Shown piece after piece: positions 37,132 to 50,420 of a stretch of DNA of 64,000 bases (its first letter is position 1; each line of letters starts with the position of its first letter). Location: the NCBI RefSeq assembly GCF_963921235.1, contig NC_086101.1, positions 8,930,001 to 8,994,000 on the forward strand, written 5' to 3'. Under the pieces are notes generated by a model that saw nothing but the letters and a program-made list of their open reading frames with translations, made no database searches and was not told where the DNA came from. This stretch comes from Mobula hypostoma. Lineage: Eukaryota. Both the position numbers and the translations under genes were made by a program.

Positions 37132-37587
37132 CTGAAATAAATCAAACACAGATCTCAACTGACTGAGACTGACCATTGGCATCCCAATAGCAGGAATCTG
37201 AGCCAAGTTATTAAAAGCTGCTGGGAGATTAGGAGGATGGTGGCGCCTAACGGCGACTGCTTTGCTAGCATCTTCGGAAATAGCTCTATTTCTATCTTTA
37301 ATATCTCTATTTTTCCCTTTCAGACGTCTTTTGAAGACCCTGACCTGGAGTTACACGCTGCCTTCGGTTCTTTGCGGGAATGAGACCCATTCTCGGGGTC
37401 TCACGACTGGCCGATGTTCGATATATCGAGGACACAGCCCAGAAGACTAGCACGCCTTCAAAGTTCCAGGATTTCGTGGCTCTGGAAGTAGGCAGACTGG
37501 ATGTCGGTGCCTCTGCAGGGAATCGGTGTATCGCGGGAGATAGTAGATCGAAAGCAACAAGCTGTCTGATGGCTGTGTGACACTAGA

Positions 37588-38603
37588 CCTCAGTTCTTTT
37601 GGCACAGAGCTTGAAAAAAACAACGCAACAGACTTTTAACGTCGTAAATCAGTGAGTTGTTTGTGTTGCCTCCCCTCTCGCTGTGAAATGTGTCATTTCT
37701 TTTTCCCTTTTTAGGGAGAAAGAGCCTGTGATATGTTGAATAACTGGATGAATGAGCAATCTTTGGGGTACTGCAAGTCTGTGTCTTTATTGATGATTTG
37801 CTGCACGCTTGAGTGCTCGGTGGAGGGTGCTGATGCTTTCTTGCTGGTGGGGGAGTGGTGGTCGTTGTCTTGCTGCTGCTTATGCGTGGGGGTGTGGAGC
37901 TGGGGGGATCTGGGGTTCTAACAGTTAACTCATTCATTTTTTGGGGCACTTCTTCGTTTTTGTAGATGTTTGTGAAGAAAAAGAATTTCAGGCGGGGGTC
38001 CTGAGACTTGAACTGGGAGACAGGCGGGGGTCCTGAGGCTTGAGCTTGGAGACAGGCTGGGGTCCTGAGGCTTGAGCTTGAAGACAGGCTGGGGTCCTGA
38101 GTTCTTTTGGCATAGAGCTTGGAAAAAAAAACAACACAACAGACTTTTAACATCGTAAATCAGTGAGTTGTTTGTTATGTCTCCCCTCTCGCTGTGAAAC
38201 GCGTCATCTCATTTTCCCTTTTTAGGGAGAGAGAGCTTGTGTTATATTGAATTACTGGGTGAACAAGTAGTCTTTGGGGTGCTGCAAGTCTGTGTCTTTA
38301 TTGATAATTGCTGCACGCTTGACTGCTCGGTGGAGGGTGCTGACGTTTCTTTGCTGGTGGGGCAGGGGTTGTCGTTGTCTTGCTGCTACTTATGCGTGGG
38401 GGGGTGGAGATAGGGGGATTTGGAGTTCTAACAGTTAACTCATTCATTCTTTGGGGCACTCCTTCGTTTTTGTGGATGTTGTGAAGAAAAAGAATTTCAG
38501 GCGGGGGTCCTGAGGCTTGAGCTTGGAGACAAGCTGGGGACCTGAGGCTTGAGCTCGGAGACAGGCTGGGGTCCTGAGGCTTGAGCTCGGAGACAGGCGG
38601 GGG
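37588..38603. repeat. Direct tandem duplication, period ~508 bp
   Basis: cct(c/g)agttcttttggca.. starts at 37588 and 38096. Both units contain a SINE/LINE-like 3' segment plus 30-bp repeats. Confidence 0.9.
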
Positions 38604-38720
38604 TCCTGAGGCTTGAGCTTGGAGACAGGCTGGTGTCTTGCGTCTTGCGACTTGAGGCTGGGGTCTTGGGTCTTGGAATGCGGAGGCTGATAACTCGGAG
38701 GCTGGAGCTCGGAGACAGAC
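37990..38720. repeat. ~30-bp minisatellite (ggggtcctgaggcttgagcttggagacaggc), in two blocks
   Basis: About 4 copies at 37990-38100 and about 5-7 decaying copies at 38499-38720. Confidence 0.9.
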
Positions 38721-39581
38721 TGGGAACTGTACATCAACACAGAGCCGGGACTTATCCTTCGAAAAGCCGGGATTCATCTCTAACAGGACACCAACATGAG
38801 ACTGGACAGAACATAGACATAGAGCTGGGACTTACACGAGCCAAGCAGGGGCTCAACTTCATCTCCACACCAAGGTGGGAAACGTCCCTCCGTTGGGTAA
38901 TGTCAGAACAGGCTTGACTTACCCAACAGAGGAAAAGGCAAGACAAGACGGATTCCCCTGCAGGGCAACGGTAGAACGGCCTGACTTACCCCACGGAGGA
39001 AAGGACAAGACAAGACAGATGCCCCTGCAGGGCAACACAGATCGGCCTGACTTACTCCACGGAGGCAAGGACAAGACAAGACAGATCCCCCTGCAGGGCA
39101 ACGGCAGAATGGCCTGACTTACCCCACGGATGCGAGGGCAAGAAGAGACAAACATCGAAGAACGATAGACAGTTCCATCTCCGCATCGGGGTTGCTTCGA
39201 GTCGCAGTTACGGCCAGAAAACTCGGCTGGTTACGGAAACAGTCGGATCCCTACCTAGTTCGGAGTGGCCGAATCCGTACTGCAAAGACAGTACCGACTA
39301 CTGACAGCGAGGATCCATGAGGCGATGTTTCACCAACGCAACCTAAAGATGGCAAGTGGCCGCTCTAGCCTTCAACTGGCAGGTTGCTCCCAGGGATCTT
39401 GAAAAGATAAACCAGCAGCCCACACTCGACCCCAAGGCTACTTAGATTCCAAGCCCCAAGATGGGAATAAGGTGGTTATGATTAACCCAACCGAAACAAA
39501 GGACAGCTGGAAGACCCGGAGTCCTGAGTCCACGGACCGGACCACGAACCGGAATGCGGACTTCATGGACCGGACCATGAC
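38499..39581 (-). mobile_element. Probable LTR-type element remnant carrying the minisatellites
   Basis: Sharp boundary beginning TGTCATGG on the minus strand at 39581, with internal tandem arrays. No coding region or second terminus found. Confidence 0.4.
38915..39150. repeat. 66-67-bp tandem repeat, ~3.5 copies
   Basis: tgacttac starts at 38915, 38982, 39048 and 39115. Confidence 0.9.
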
Positions 39582-40558
39582 AGTAAAACAACAAGGATAA
39601 CGAGTGAGGGAATATATCCCATGAAGGACCAGTGTGGTCATCTGTGTGTGGAGACACAGCAGATGGGTGAGGTCTGAAATAAATAATTTTCATCTGTATT
39701 TTCTGTGGAGAAGGTGATGGAGCTGGGAAATTCAGGGAGGGGAATAATAATGTCCTGAAACATGCGGACATTACAAAGGAGGCCGACCAGTTTAAACACA
39801 TAAAGCTGAATTAACCGGGGGTCTGACCCAGTGTACCATCTGACATGGTGGAAATCCAGGGAAGAAATTGTTGTGTCCCTGTCTGTGATATTTCAAACAC
39901 TGAAAATAGAACAGTACAGCACAGGAGCAGGCCCTTCAGCCAAACGTGTACTGTCCTTCTAATTTTGAGACTGGCCCAGTCAGTGTCATCTCGCTGAGGA
40001 CACCACGTGAAGGGTAAAGCTTCAAGGTGGAATCAGGATGTTCAAGGAATGTTTCCTGACACACAGTGCTTTGTTCCTGGAATGACGGCCGGGGTAGGGA
40101 GTGGTGGAAACAGACGCAATCGTGACGTTTAAGAGGTTCAAAGGTTCATTTTATTATCAAAGTTTACAACTCTGAAATTCTTCAGTTCAAACAAGCATTT
40201 AAGCAGGAAATGAACAGTCAGGGGATGGAGGAAGTGGATCATTTACACATAACTGCGATTTGTTAATTTGACATCCAAGAACGTGAAGATGCTCTGACTG
40301 TCTATCATGTCTGTGTCAGTTGTTGTTGGTGACTGTTTCCTCGACAGTTGCTGAAGCACCGTATTTCCAGACTTCTGTACCTTATGATCCCCTCAGACTG
40401 TGATGCTCCCTCCCTGGTAAGGACAAAGGGAGAGGACCAGAGTAATTCCCCACAACCGCTGCTGGTCAGGGGGAGCACTGAGTGTGGACTGGCATACATT
40501 GACACATCTGTTCCGACTGGGTGAAAGCAGAGTGTGAGAGCGAATAACTGGAGCAATT

Positions 40559-40574
40559 CCGCCACCTGCTGGCC
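40559..40574 (-). promoter_or_regulatory. CTCF-like motif
   Basis: The minus strand reads GGCCAGCAGGTGGCGG. Confidence 0.5.
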
Positions 40575-40611
40575 GCACAGGGTGTAACAAAATTATTTTT
40601 AGATTCCATTA

Positions 40612-41172
40612 GACCATAAGATATAGGAGCAGAAGCAGGCCATTCAATCATGGACTGATCCAATTCTCCAGTCATCCTCACTCCGCTACTATCACCCTAT
40701 ACCCTTTGATGCCCTAGCTAATCAAGAACCTATCTGTCTCTGCCTTAAATGCATCCAATGACTTGGCCTCCACAGCCACGCGTGGCAACTAATTTCAAAA
40801 ACTTGCCACCCTCTGACTAAAGTATTTTCTCCGCATCTCAGTTCTAAATGGATGTCCTTCAAACCTGAACTCATGCCCTCGTGTACTAGACTCCCCTACC
40901 ATGGGAAATAACTTTGCCATATCTAATTTCTTCTTGGCCTTTTAACATTCAGAATGATTCTATCAGAACCCCTCTCATTCTCCCGAACTCCAGGGAATAC
41001 AGCCCAAGAGCTGCCAGACGTTCATTGTACGGTAACCCTTTCACTCCTGGAATCATTCTCATGAATCTTCTCTGAACCCTCTCCAATGTCAGTATATCCT
41101 TTCTAAAATAAGGAGCCCAGAACTGCACACAATACAAGTGTGGTCTCAAGAGTGCCTTTCAAGCCTCAACAT
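40612..41172 (-). mobile_element. CR1 3' fragment
   Basis: ORF 40949..41149 (CVQFWAPY, RVQRRF.RMIPG) and a CR1 tail. Confidence 0.85.
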
Positions 41173-41689
41173 TGGCCAATACGAGGGGAAACAGGCCGTT
41201 ACCACATCCCAATCTGACACCATTTTGTCTTTGAACTTCCATTTTATTTCGGCATGCACCAAGGAGAAATGATAATTAACTCTTTACTTACACAGGGAAA
41301 TACACCGTCTTCTCCAGTAATCTCCCATAACGGAGGTGACTGATGAGGCCAACCTGGGAGCCGCACTGTCAAGTTAGTGTAATTGGGTGTTTAATGGTTG
41401 GTGGGTCTTGCTGGCTGAAGGCCTGTATCTGAGCTGTATTTTGTGTATCAAAAGTAAAATTTATTCACAATAAAAGTACATACAAAAGTCGAAAGGGTGC
41501 AGAAAAACATTTACATTTTAGCCTCACATAGTCAATACATTCAGTCAGGTTAATAATGTTAAACCATTGCCATACAGGATGCCCCGTGGGTGATGCATCA
41601 TTTCAGTGGCTGAGGAGTTTCCCCACCCGACTCAGCCACTCCACGTGAGGTAGCAGAAGGAGCCTTGACTGTGGTCTGGCCCTAAAGAG

Positions 41690-42600
41690 TCTTTAAATTG
41701 GCTGCACTGAGCTTCAATTCATATCTCAGCTCATCCTCATCCGAATGGAGCCGCAAGAACCTCTCACTCAATGTCAGTAAAACTAAAGGCCAACTGTCGA
41801 CTAAAGGAGGAAGAAACAGTAGGTCCATGAGCCAGTCCTCATCAGAGGTGGAGAGAGTAGTAACTTTATTCCTCGGTGCTATCATTTCAAATCATCTATC
41901 CTGGGACCAGCACATAAGTGGCATTACAGAGAAGACATAGCTGTGCCTCCACTTTCTGCGTGAGAAAATTCGGCCTGCCTTCTAAAACTTGAACAAACTT
42001 CTATAGATGCACAGTGGGGAGTATCCTGACTGCCTGCATCACAACCTGGTATTTAAACACTAATGACCATGGTGAATACAGCCCAGACCATCGAAGAAAA
42101 AACTTTTCAAACCTTTGAACACGTCTTACAAGGAGTGCTGTCACAAGAAAACTGCATCCATCGTCAAGAAACCCCACAATCCAGACCATGTTCTCTTCTC
42201 GCTGCTGCCATCAGGATGGAGGTATAGGAGCCTAAGGTACCATGCCAACAGTTTCTAGAGCATTTATTTCCCTTCAATTATCAGGCTCTTGAACCACCAT
42301 GGATAACTTCATGACTCTCAACAATTAAATTGATTCCACAATCACTTCCGAGGATTCTGCAACTCATGTTCTCAGTATTATTTATCACATATTAATTTAT
42401 TATTATTAATGATAATTGTTTTTTCTCTTGTAATCACAGTTTGTCTTCAGATGCATGATGGTTATTCGTCTGTATGTTGGTTGGTTGTAGGTAGATTTCT
42501 TATTGATTCTATTGTGTTCCTTTGTATCTACTGTGAATGCCTGCAAGAAAGTGAATGTAGTATATGGTGAACAAAAATAGACATTGGTAATAATTTTGCT
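41690..42600 (+). mobile_element. Degenerate Rex1/Babar-type LINE 3' fragment
   Basis: ORF 41698..41940 (NLSLNVSKTK, FLGAIIS..LSW) and a downstream Rex-type 3' region. Confidence 0.7.
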
Positions 42601-45600
42601 TAGAATTTTGAGTTCCTCCAGCATTTTATGTGGTTTTTGTTGCTCAGGATTTCCACCATCTACAGAATTAGGCCAATCAGCCTATCGAGTCTGCTCTGTC
42701 ATTCGATGTGGAATCTGGAAGATGGAAGTTGCAAGTCACTGAATCACACAACCCAACAGAGGACAGTAAAAAACCGCTGAGAGGATCACTGGGGTCTCCG
42801 CTACCCCACTCCCCTACTTGACATTTACCAGGAGGATTGTACATGTTGGACTCGAAGCAATATTGAGAATCCCTACTACCTATCCCACAATCTGTTTGAG
42901 TCACTGATACCAGGAGAGAGGTACAGGATCATGAGGACTAGGACTACCAGAATGGCTAACAATTTCTACCCTCAGACTGTGAGACTAATGACTATCCTGC
43001 CTTCACTAAGATCTTGTCAATGGGACAGCGAGCTGTTTACTCTTTACCTGTACTGCACACTTCACGTGCATTTTGAATTACAGTTACAACTTATTTGTGG
43101 TAATATATTATTATTTTTAATAATATTTTACATATATTTTGTTTATATGTTGTGTGTGATATATGTTTTGTGGGTGCACCATGGTCCAGAGGAATATTGT
43201 TTCGTTTGTTTGTATATATGAACATCCAGATGACAATAACCTTGAATCTGAGCTTGATCATGGCTGATTTACTTTCCCTCAACCCCTATTCTTGTGCCTT
43301 CTCCCTGTAATGTTTGACAACCTCGTGAACCTACCACCCTCCGTTCAAAATATACCCACTGGTTTGGCCTCCATAGCCATCAGTGGCACTGAATTCCACT
43401 GGACATCGATTTTCCCACTATCGGAAACATCCTTTTGGTGTTCACTCTATCTCGACCTTTCAGTATTCCAGATGTTTCAATGAGAAATCCACCCCCCCCC
43501 ACCCTTCCGAAGCCCAATGAGTACAGGACCAGAGTTGCCAAATCGTACGTTGTATTCCCTGGACGATTATTCAGAACCTCCTCTGGACTCTCCCCAATGC
43601 CAGCACATCCTTTCTTCAACATGGGACGCAAAACTTCTCACAGTCCAAGTGCCATTGAACCAATTTTTATATAGGCTCAGCATTACAGTGTATCCTCACT
43701 TTTATATCCAATCCTCTAAAATGAATGCCGGCATTCCATTTATTACCGAATCAACCTCCCAGTTAATCTTTAGGGAATTCTGCACAAGGACTCTCAAGTC
43801 CCTTTGCTCTCGGTCTAGAAACTCATCTCTGCCTTTATTCCTTGCTTCAAGGGAAGATAAGAGCCGCTTTATGCGTCATTTTGAAACATCTTTTGAATTA
43901 CGTTGTTTGTGTCAGTGACCGGCAGAGTCCGAGGATGTTGGGGGCAGCCCACAAGTGTCGCCATGCTTCTGGAGCTCACGTAGCATGGCCACAACTTTCT
44001 GACCCTGACCCGTCCGTCTGTGGACTGTGGGAGGAAACTGGAACACCCGAAGGAAGCCCACGGTCACACATGAGCGTACAAACTCCTCACAGACAGTGGT
44101 GGGATTTACACACGGACTGCCGGCGGATTGGAGCGTTACGCTAGGTGTTATGTGACAGTGCCGACCTCTGCACCTCAGGTTTGTAAGCTGTGTTTCTGGT
44201 CTCTGGTGCTCACCTTTACCAGAAGGTCATCCACAACTTCAGGACCCGGTTCCACAGCAGGAGAAGGTTGGGAAATCTGGCACCAAAGTAAAACCACCCT
44301 TCGGAAGGAGGTGTTCAAAGATCAGGGAGTTGATGAGTAGTTGCGTGGGTGTGTGAAAAGTGTATGAGGAGGCTCCGTGTTGAGGTTGGTCCTACTCTGG
44401 GTTGAGACATATTTCCCACCCCAGTAAGGCAATGATGTATGTAGCTCTCTGAGACAAACCCAAAACTCATCTCAGAGATAACCTCCCAGCACATTTTCCA
44501 CCTTTATGTTGCTTCTTGGCTCAACTGTGGCTGTGAAAGGAAATATTCTCACTGATTTTAAGTGTCAGCCAAATCACACAAGGCCCAGAGGACCACAAGA
44601 ATCAAGGACCATAATATTCAAATCCCATCCCAGCTGAAATCAGAAAGCTAAAGTTCAGCGGATTTTAATTTTCTTTCAGCGAGGGATGGCCAGCAAAAAT
44701 TCCAACTTATTTCCACGCCGTCAGGCAGTAAAGTGTTGAACATTAAACCACACAAACGACGAACTACAGTGAGAGTTCTTTGAGGAGACTATTCAGCCGA
44801 TCAGGCTTGTCCTGCCTATTAACTAGATCGGGGCCTGACTGGATGCGTCATGGCTTGATACACGAACTGCTCTGTCCGAGACTGAGCATCCTCTCCTCCA
44901 TGTACTCTGTCTACACCTCTCACTGCCTCAGTAAAGCAGCAGCGTAATCAAAGACCCAACACTCCCTGGACATTCTCTCTTCACCCGACTCCCCTCGGGC
45001 AGAAGATATAGAAAGCCTGAAACCATGTACCACCAGGCTCCAGCACAGTTTCAATCCTTATTCTGAATACTGCCCCTTCTGGACCTCCTGTAAAATGATG
45101 CCGTGATTGGATGCAGTAACCACTCTGGAGACGACAAATGGTGTTTTTGTCTTCTTTAAACATCAGTTTTATGATTACAAGACAATACTGGTCATGAAGA
45201 ACTTCAAGTACTAAATCTCTACGCCATCGATGATCTGCTCGTTGATGAAAGAGCTGGACTTGGTATGGACCGTGTTACTGTCTGCTGCAGAAAGGCACTG
45301 GAATCGATGTGTGAAGGCGACATGCAATCCAACATTGAGCGATTGTCTTGACCATTTCTGTTGTGATCACAAGACCTTGCTAAACATTGGTAATGTAAAA
45401 TACTGCCAGGTCGTTTCCCTTGTTTATTGGTGAGATAGGTGGCGGAGGAGCTGTGTGACCTCAGCTGTAGTGAAGACTTGGCCTCAAGCCGTGGGTGTGC
45501 ATGTTGCAGAAGTCCAGGAGAGGAGGCACCAGAGGCGATGTGGCGCGGTGTCCATGCTGGGTTGCAGGCTGGCCCCTCCCATCAGTGCTGCTCTTCATTG

Positions 45601-46127
45601 TTCACTCGGTGGAAGTCAAGCTGGTTTGTCTGTGTGCATGTGTACATTTGTCTGCACTGCGGAGAACTGCTTGTTCTTGCTGATAGCACCCATGCACCAT
45701 CATTTGGATGGATTCTGTAGATGTGTGGTGGAGTATATTGACTGGTTGCATGGCGGACTGGAATGGAAACGCCAACAGCCTTGAATAGAAAATCCGACAA
45801 AAAGTAGTGGCTATGGTGCAGTCCACTATGGCTAAAACCCTCCCCACTATTGAGCACATCTCCAGGGAGCGCTATCGCTGGAAAGAATCATCCATCATCA
45901 ATGACCCCAACCATCCAGGTCATTCGGTCTTCTCGCCGTTGCCATCAGGAAGAAAGTCCTGGAGCCTCAGGACCCACATCACCAGGTTCAGGAAAGAGAA
46001 TTACCCTTCTACCACCAGACATTGAACCAGTGGGGATAACTTCACTCAAGTTCACTCACCCCATCACTGAACTGTTCCCACAAGCGATGGACTCACTTTC
46101 AATGACTTTTATCTCATGTCCTCAATG

Positions 46128-49100
46128 TAGAAACCATAGAAAAAATACAACACAGAAACAGGCCTTTTGGCCCATCTTGGTTGTGGCGAACCATTCTCTG
46201 CCTACTCCCACTGACCTGCACGCGGACCATATCCCTCCATACAACTCCCATCCATGTATCTGTCCAATTTATTCTTAAATGGTAAAAAAGAACCCGCATT
46301 TACCACCTCATCTGGCAGCTCATTCCACACTCCCACCACTCTCTGTGTGAAGAAGCCACCCCACCCCCGCCAATGTTCCCTTTAAACTTTTCCCCACTCA
46401 CCCTTAACCCACGTCCTCTGTTTTTTTTTCCTCTCCCCTTGCCTCAGTGGAAAAAGCCTCCTTGCATTCATTCTATCTATACCCATCATAATTTTATATA
46501 CCTCTATCAAATCTCCCCTCATTCTTCTACACTCCAGTCCTAACCTATTCAACCTTTCTCTGTAACTGAGTTTCTCAAGTCCCGACAACATCCTTGTAAA
46601 CCTTCTCTGCACTCTTTCAACCTTATTAATATCCTTCCTGCAATTTGGTGAACAAAACTGAACAGAATACTCCAGATTTGGCCTCACCAATGCCTTATAC
46701 AACCTCATCATAACATTCCAGCTCTTATACTCAGTACTTTGATGAATAAAGACCAATGTACCAAAAGCTCTCTTTACGACCCTATCTACCTGTGACGCCA
46801 CTTTTAGGGAATTTTGTATCTGTATTCCCAGATCCCTCTCTTCTACGGCAATCCTCAATGCCTTACCATTTATCCTGTATGTTCTACCTTGGTTTGTCCT
46901 TCCAAAGTGCAGTACCTCACACTTGTCTGTATTAAACTCCATCTGCCATTTTTCAGCCCATTTTTCCAGCTGGTCCAAATCCCTCTGCAAGCTTTGAAAA
47001 CCTTCCTCACTGTCCACTGCACCTCCAATCTTTCTATCATCAGCGAATTTGCTGATCCAGTTTACCACATTATCATCCAGATCTTTGATATGGATGACAA
47101 AAAACAATGAACCCAGCACTGATCCCTGTGGCACACCACTAATTACAGGTCTCCACTCTGAGAAGCAGTCCGCTACTACCACTCTTTGGCTTCTTTCATT
47201 GAGCCAATGTCTAATCCAATTTAGCACCTCTCCATGTATACCTAGCGACTGAATTTTCCTAACTAACCTCTCATGCGGGACCTTGTCAAAGGCCTTACTG
47301 AAGTCCATGTAGACAACATCCACTGTCTTCCCTTCACCCACTTTCCTGTAACCTCCCCGAAAAACTCCGATAGATTGGTTAAACATGACCTGCCACGCAC
47401 AAAGCCATGTTGACTCTCCCTAATAAGTCCCTGTCTATCCGAATGCTTGTAGATTCTGTCTCTTAGTACTCCCTCCAATAACTTACCCACTACCGACGTT
47501 AAACTTATCAGCCTATAATTTCCCGGATTACTTTTCGATCCTTTTTTAAACAACGGAACAACATGAGCATTCTCCAGTCCTCCGGCACCTCACTCGTAGA
47601 CACCAACAATTTTAAATATATCTGCCAGGGCCCCTGCAATTTCAACACTAGTCTCCTTCAAGGTCCGAGGGAATACCCTGTCAGGTCCTGGGGATTTATC
47701 CACTTTAATTTGCCTCAAGATAGCAAGCACCTCCTCCTTTTCAATCTGTACAGTTTCCATGATCTCACTACTTATTTTCCTTAATTCCATAGACTTCATG
47801 CCAGTCTCCTTTGTAAATACATATACAAAAAACTCATTTAAGATTTTCGCCATTTCGTTTCGTTCCGCACATAGCCGACCACTCTGATATTCAAGAGGAC
47901 CAATTTTATCCTTACAGTCCTTTTACTCTTAATATATCTGTAAAAGCTCTTTGGATTATCCTTCACTTTGACTGCCAAGGCAACCTCATGTCTTCTTTTA
48001 ACCCTCCTGATTTCCTTTTTAACTATTTTCTTGCACTTTTTATACTCCTCAAGCACCTCATTTACTCCCTGCTTCCTATACATGTCATACAACTCTCTCT
48101 TCCTCTTTATCAGAGTTGCAATATCCCTTGAGAACCAATGTTCCTTATTCCTATTCACTTTGCCTTTAATCCTGACAGGAACATACAAGTTCTGCACTCT
48201 CAAAATTTCTCCTTTGTAGGCTTCCCACTTACCAATCACATCCTTGCCAGAGAACAACCTGTCCCAATACATGCTTTTTAGATCCTTTCTCATTTGTTCA
48301 AATTTGGCCTTCTTCCAGATTGAAATCTCAACCCGAGAACCAGATCTATCTTTATCCATGATCGAGTTGGAACTAATGGTGTTATAATCACTGGAACCAA
48401 AGTGCTCCCCTACACAGAGTTCCGTCACTTGTCCTAACTCGTTTCCTATGGGAGATTTAATATTGCATCCCCTCTAGTTGGTACCTCTATATATTGATTT
48501 AGAAAACTTTCCTGAACACATTTTACAAACTCTAACCCATCTAGACCCCTAACAGTATTGGATTCCCAATCAATATGTGGAAAATTAGAATCCCCGACCA
48601 CCACAACTTTATGCTTCCTGCAGTTGCCTACTATCTCTCTGCAGATTTGCTCCTCCAATTCTCGCTGACTATTGGGTGGTCTATAATACAACCCCCCTAA
48701 TGTGGCCATACCTTTCCTGTTTTTCAGCTCCACCCATAAGGACTCAGAAGACAAGCCCTCTAATCTGTCCTACCTGGGCGCTGCTGTAACATTTTACCTG
48801 ACAAGCAATGCTACCGCCCCCCACCCCACCTTTCATTCCTCTGCCTCTATCACATCTGAAACATCGGAACCCTGGAATATTAAGCTGCCAGTCCTGCCCC
48901 TCCTGTAGCCAAGTTTCACTAATTGCTATAACGTCACAATTCCACGTGTCAATCCACGCCCTCAACTCGTCTGCCTTCCCCGCAATACTCCTATCATTGA
49001 AATATATACACCTCGGAAGATTTTTACCACCGCTCACAACTTTTCTATTTGCGGCTTTGCTTGAACTGTAAACATCATTTATTTTCACCCCAGCCACACT

Positions 49101-50420
49101 GTCAGCTCTGGCATGCTGGTTCCCATTCCCCTACAAATCTAGTTTAAAGCCTCCCCAACAGCACTAACAAACCTCCATGAAAGGATATTGGTCCCCTTGT
49201 AGTTCAAGTGTAACCCGTCTCTCTTGTACACATCCCACCTGCCCCAGAAGAGGTCCTAATGATCCTGAAATCTGAAACCCTGCCCACTACACCAGTTCCT
49301 CAGCCACTTAGTCATCCTCCAGAGCATCTTATTCTTACCCTCACTGGCACGTAGCACAGAGAGCAATCCAGAGATTATCACCCTCGAGGTCCTGCTTTTC
49401 AACTTCCTACCAAGCTCTATATACTCACTCTCCAGGACCTCCTCACTCTTCCTTGCTATGTCATTGGTACCGATTTGCACCACGATATCGGGCTGATCAC
49501 TCCCCCCCTCCCCCCCCCCACACACACTTCTGAATGTCATACAAGCGATCAGAGACATCCTTGACCCTGGCACCCGGGAGGCAACAACCCATCCTGGATT
49601 CTCTGTCACGACCACAGAACCTCCTATCCGTACCTCTAACTATCGAGTCCCCTATCACTACCGCTGTTCTCTTTTTCCACCCTCCCTTCTGCACTGCAGA
49701 ACCTGACTCAGTACCAGAGATCTGGCTGCTGCAGCTTGTCCCAGGTAAGTCATCCCCCACCCCACAACAGTATCCAATGCGGTATACTTGTTGTTGAGGG
49801 GAATGGCCACAGGTGAACCCTGCTCTGCCTGTCCTTTCCTCTTCCCTCACCTGACAGTGACCCAATTTCCTGTCCTCTGCTCCTTTGGTGTAACTACCTC
49901 CCTGTAGCTACGATCTATAATCTCCTCATTCTCCCGAATGATCCGGAGGTCATCCAGCTCCTGCTCCAGTTCCCTAACGCGGTTTGTTAGGAGCTGCAGC
50001 TGGATGCACTTCCTGCAGGTGTCATTGTCAGGGACACCGGAGGGCTTCCTGACTTCCCACATCCTGCAAAAGGAGCATTCCAACAACCTGCCTGGTATTC
50101 TTTCTATTCTAAGCAATCTGAACAAAAAACTTACCGGAACCTACCCTGGCCTCTGCCTGTTCTCGCCGAAGCCTGTTGAGCCAAAACCGTCCCACTGTGC
50201 TCCCTCTCACTCCGCTGCCCGCTGCATATGGTGGTCTGTTTTCAAACCTTAGCGCGCTACGTCACGCGCCTGTGTAGTGCAGACCCTTCTCCCCGAGCTG
50301 TGTTTAAAAAAAAGACTTTTTCTACCCGATTTCTTCATCCCTTCTTCTCAGCTGCTTGCTTCGACTGAAACAAGAACCGTTGAAAATTCCTCTTTTTAAA
50401 CTTTAGCGCGCTACGTCACT
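46128..50420 (-). mobile_element. Full-length CR1 LINE (frameshifted)
   Basis: ORF1 zinc finger 49847..50125, SGNH esterase (VIGDSIVRG, IGTND) 49256..49865, APE 48446..49097, RT 46382..47853. Inserted into a plus-strand Rex fragment. Confidence 0.95.

Noticed and set aside
37590..38917. Long low-complexity ORFs (187 aa, 159 aa) as genes
   Set aside because: They are translations of the minisatellite and tandem duplication.
37990..39150. Regularly spaced 30-bp and 67-bp repeats as a CRISPR array
   Set aside because: The units are contiguous tandem copies without unique spacers, there are no cas genes, and the context is vertebrate.
40348..40416. Plus-strand 69-nt exon candidate (LLKHRISRLLYLMIPSDCDAPSL)
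   Set aside because: Splice sites are plausible but there is no recognisable homology and no coherent partner exons.
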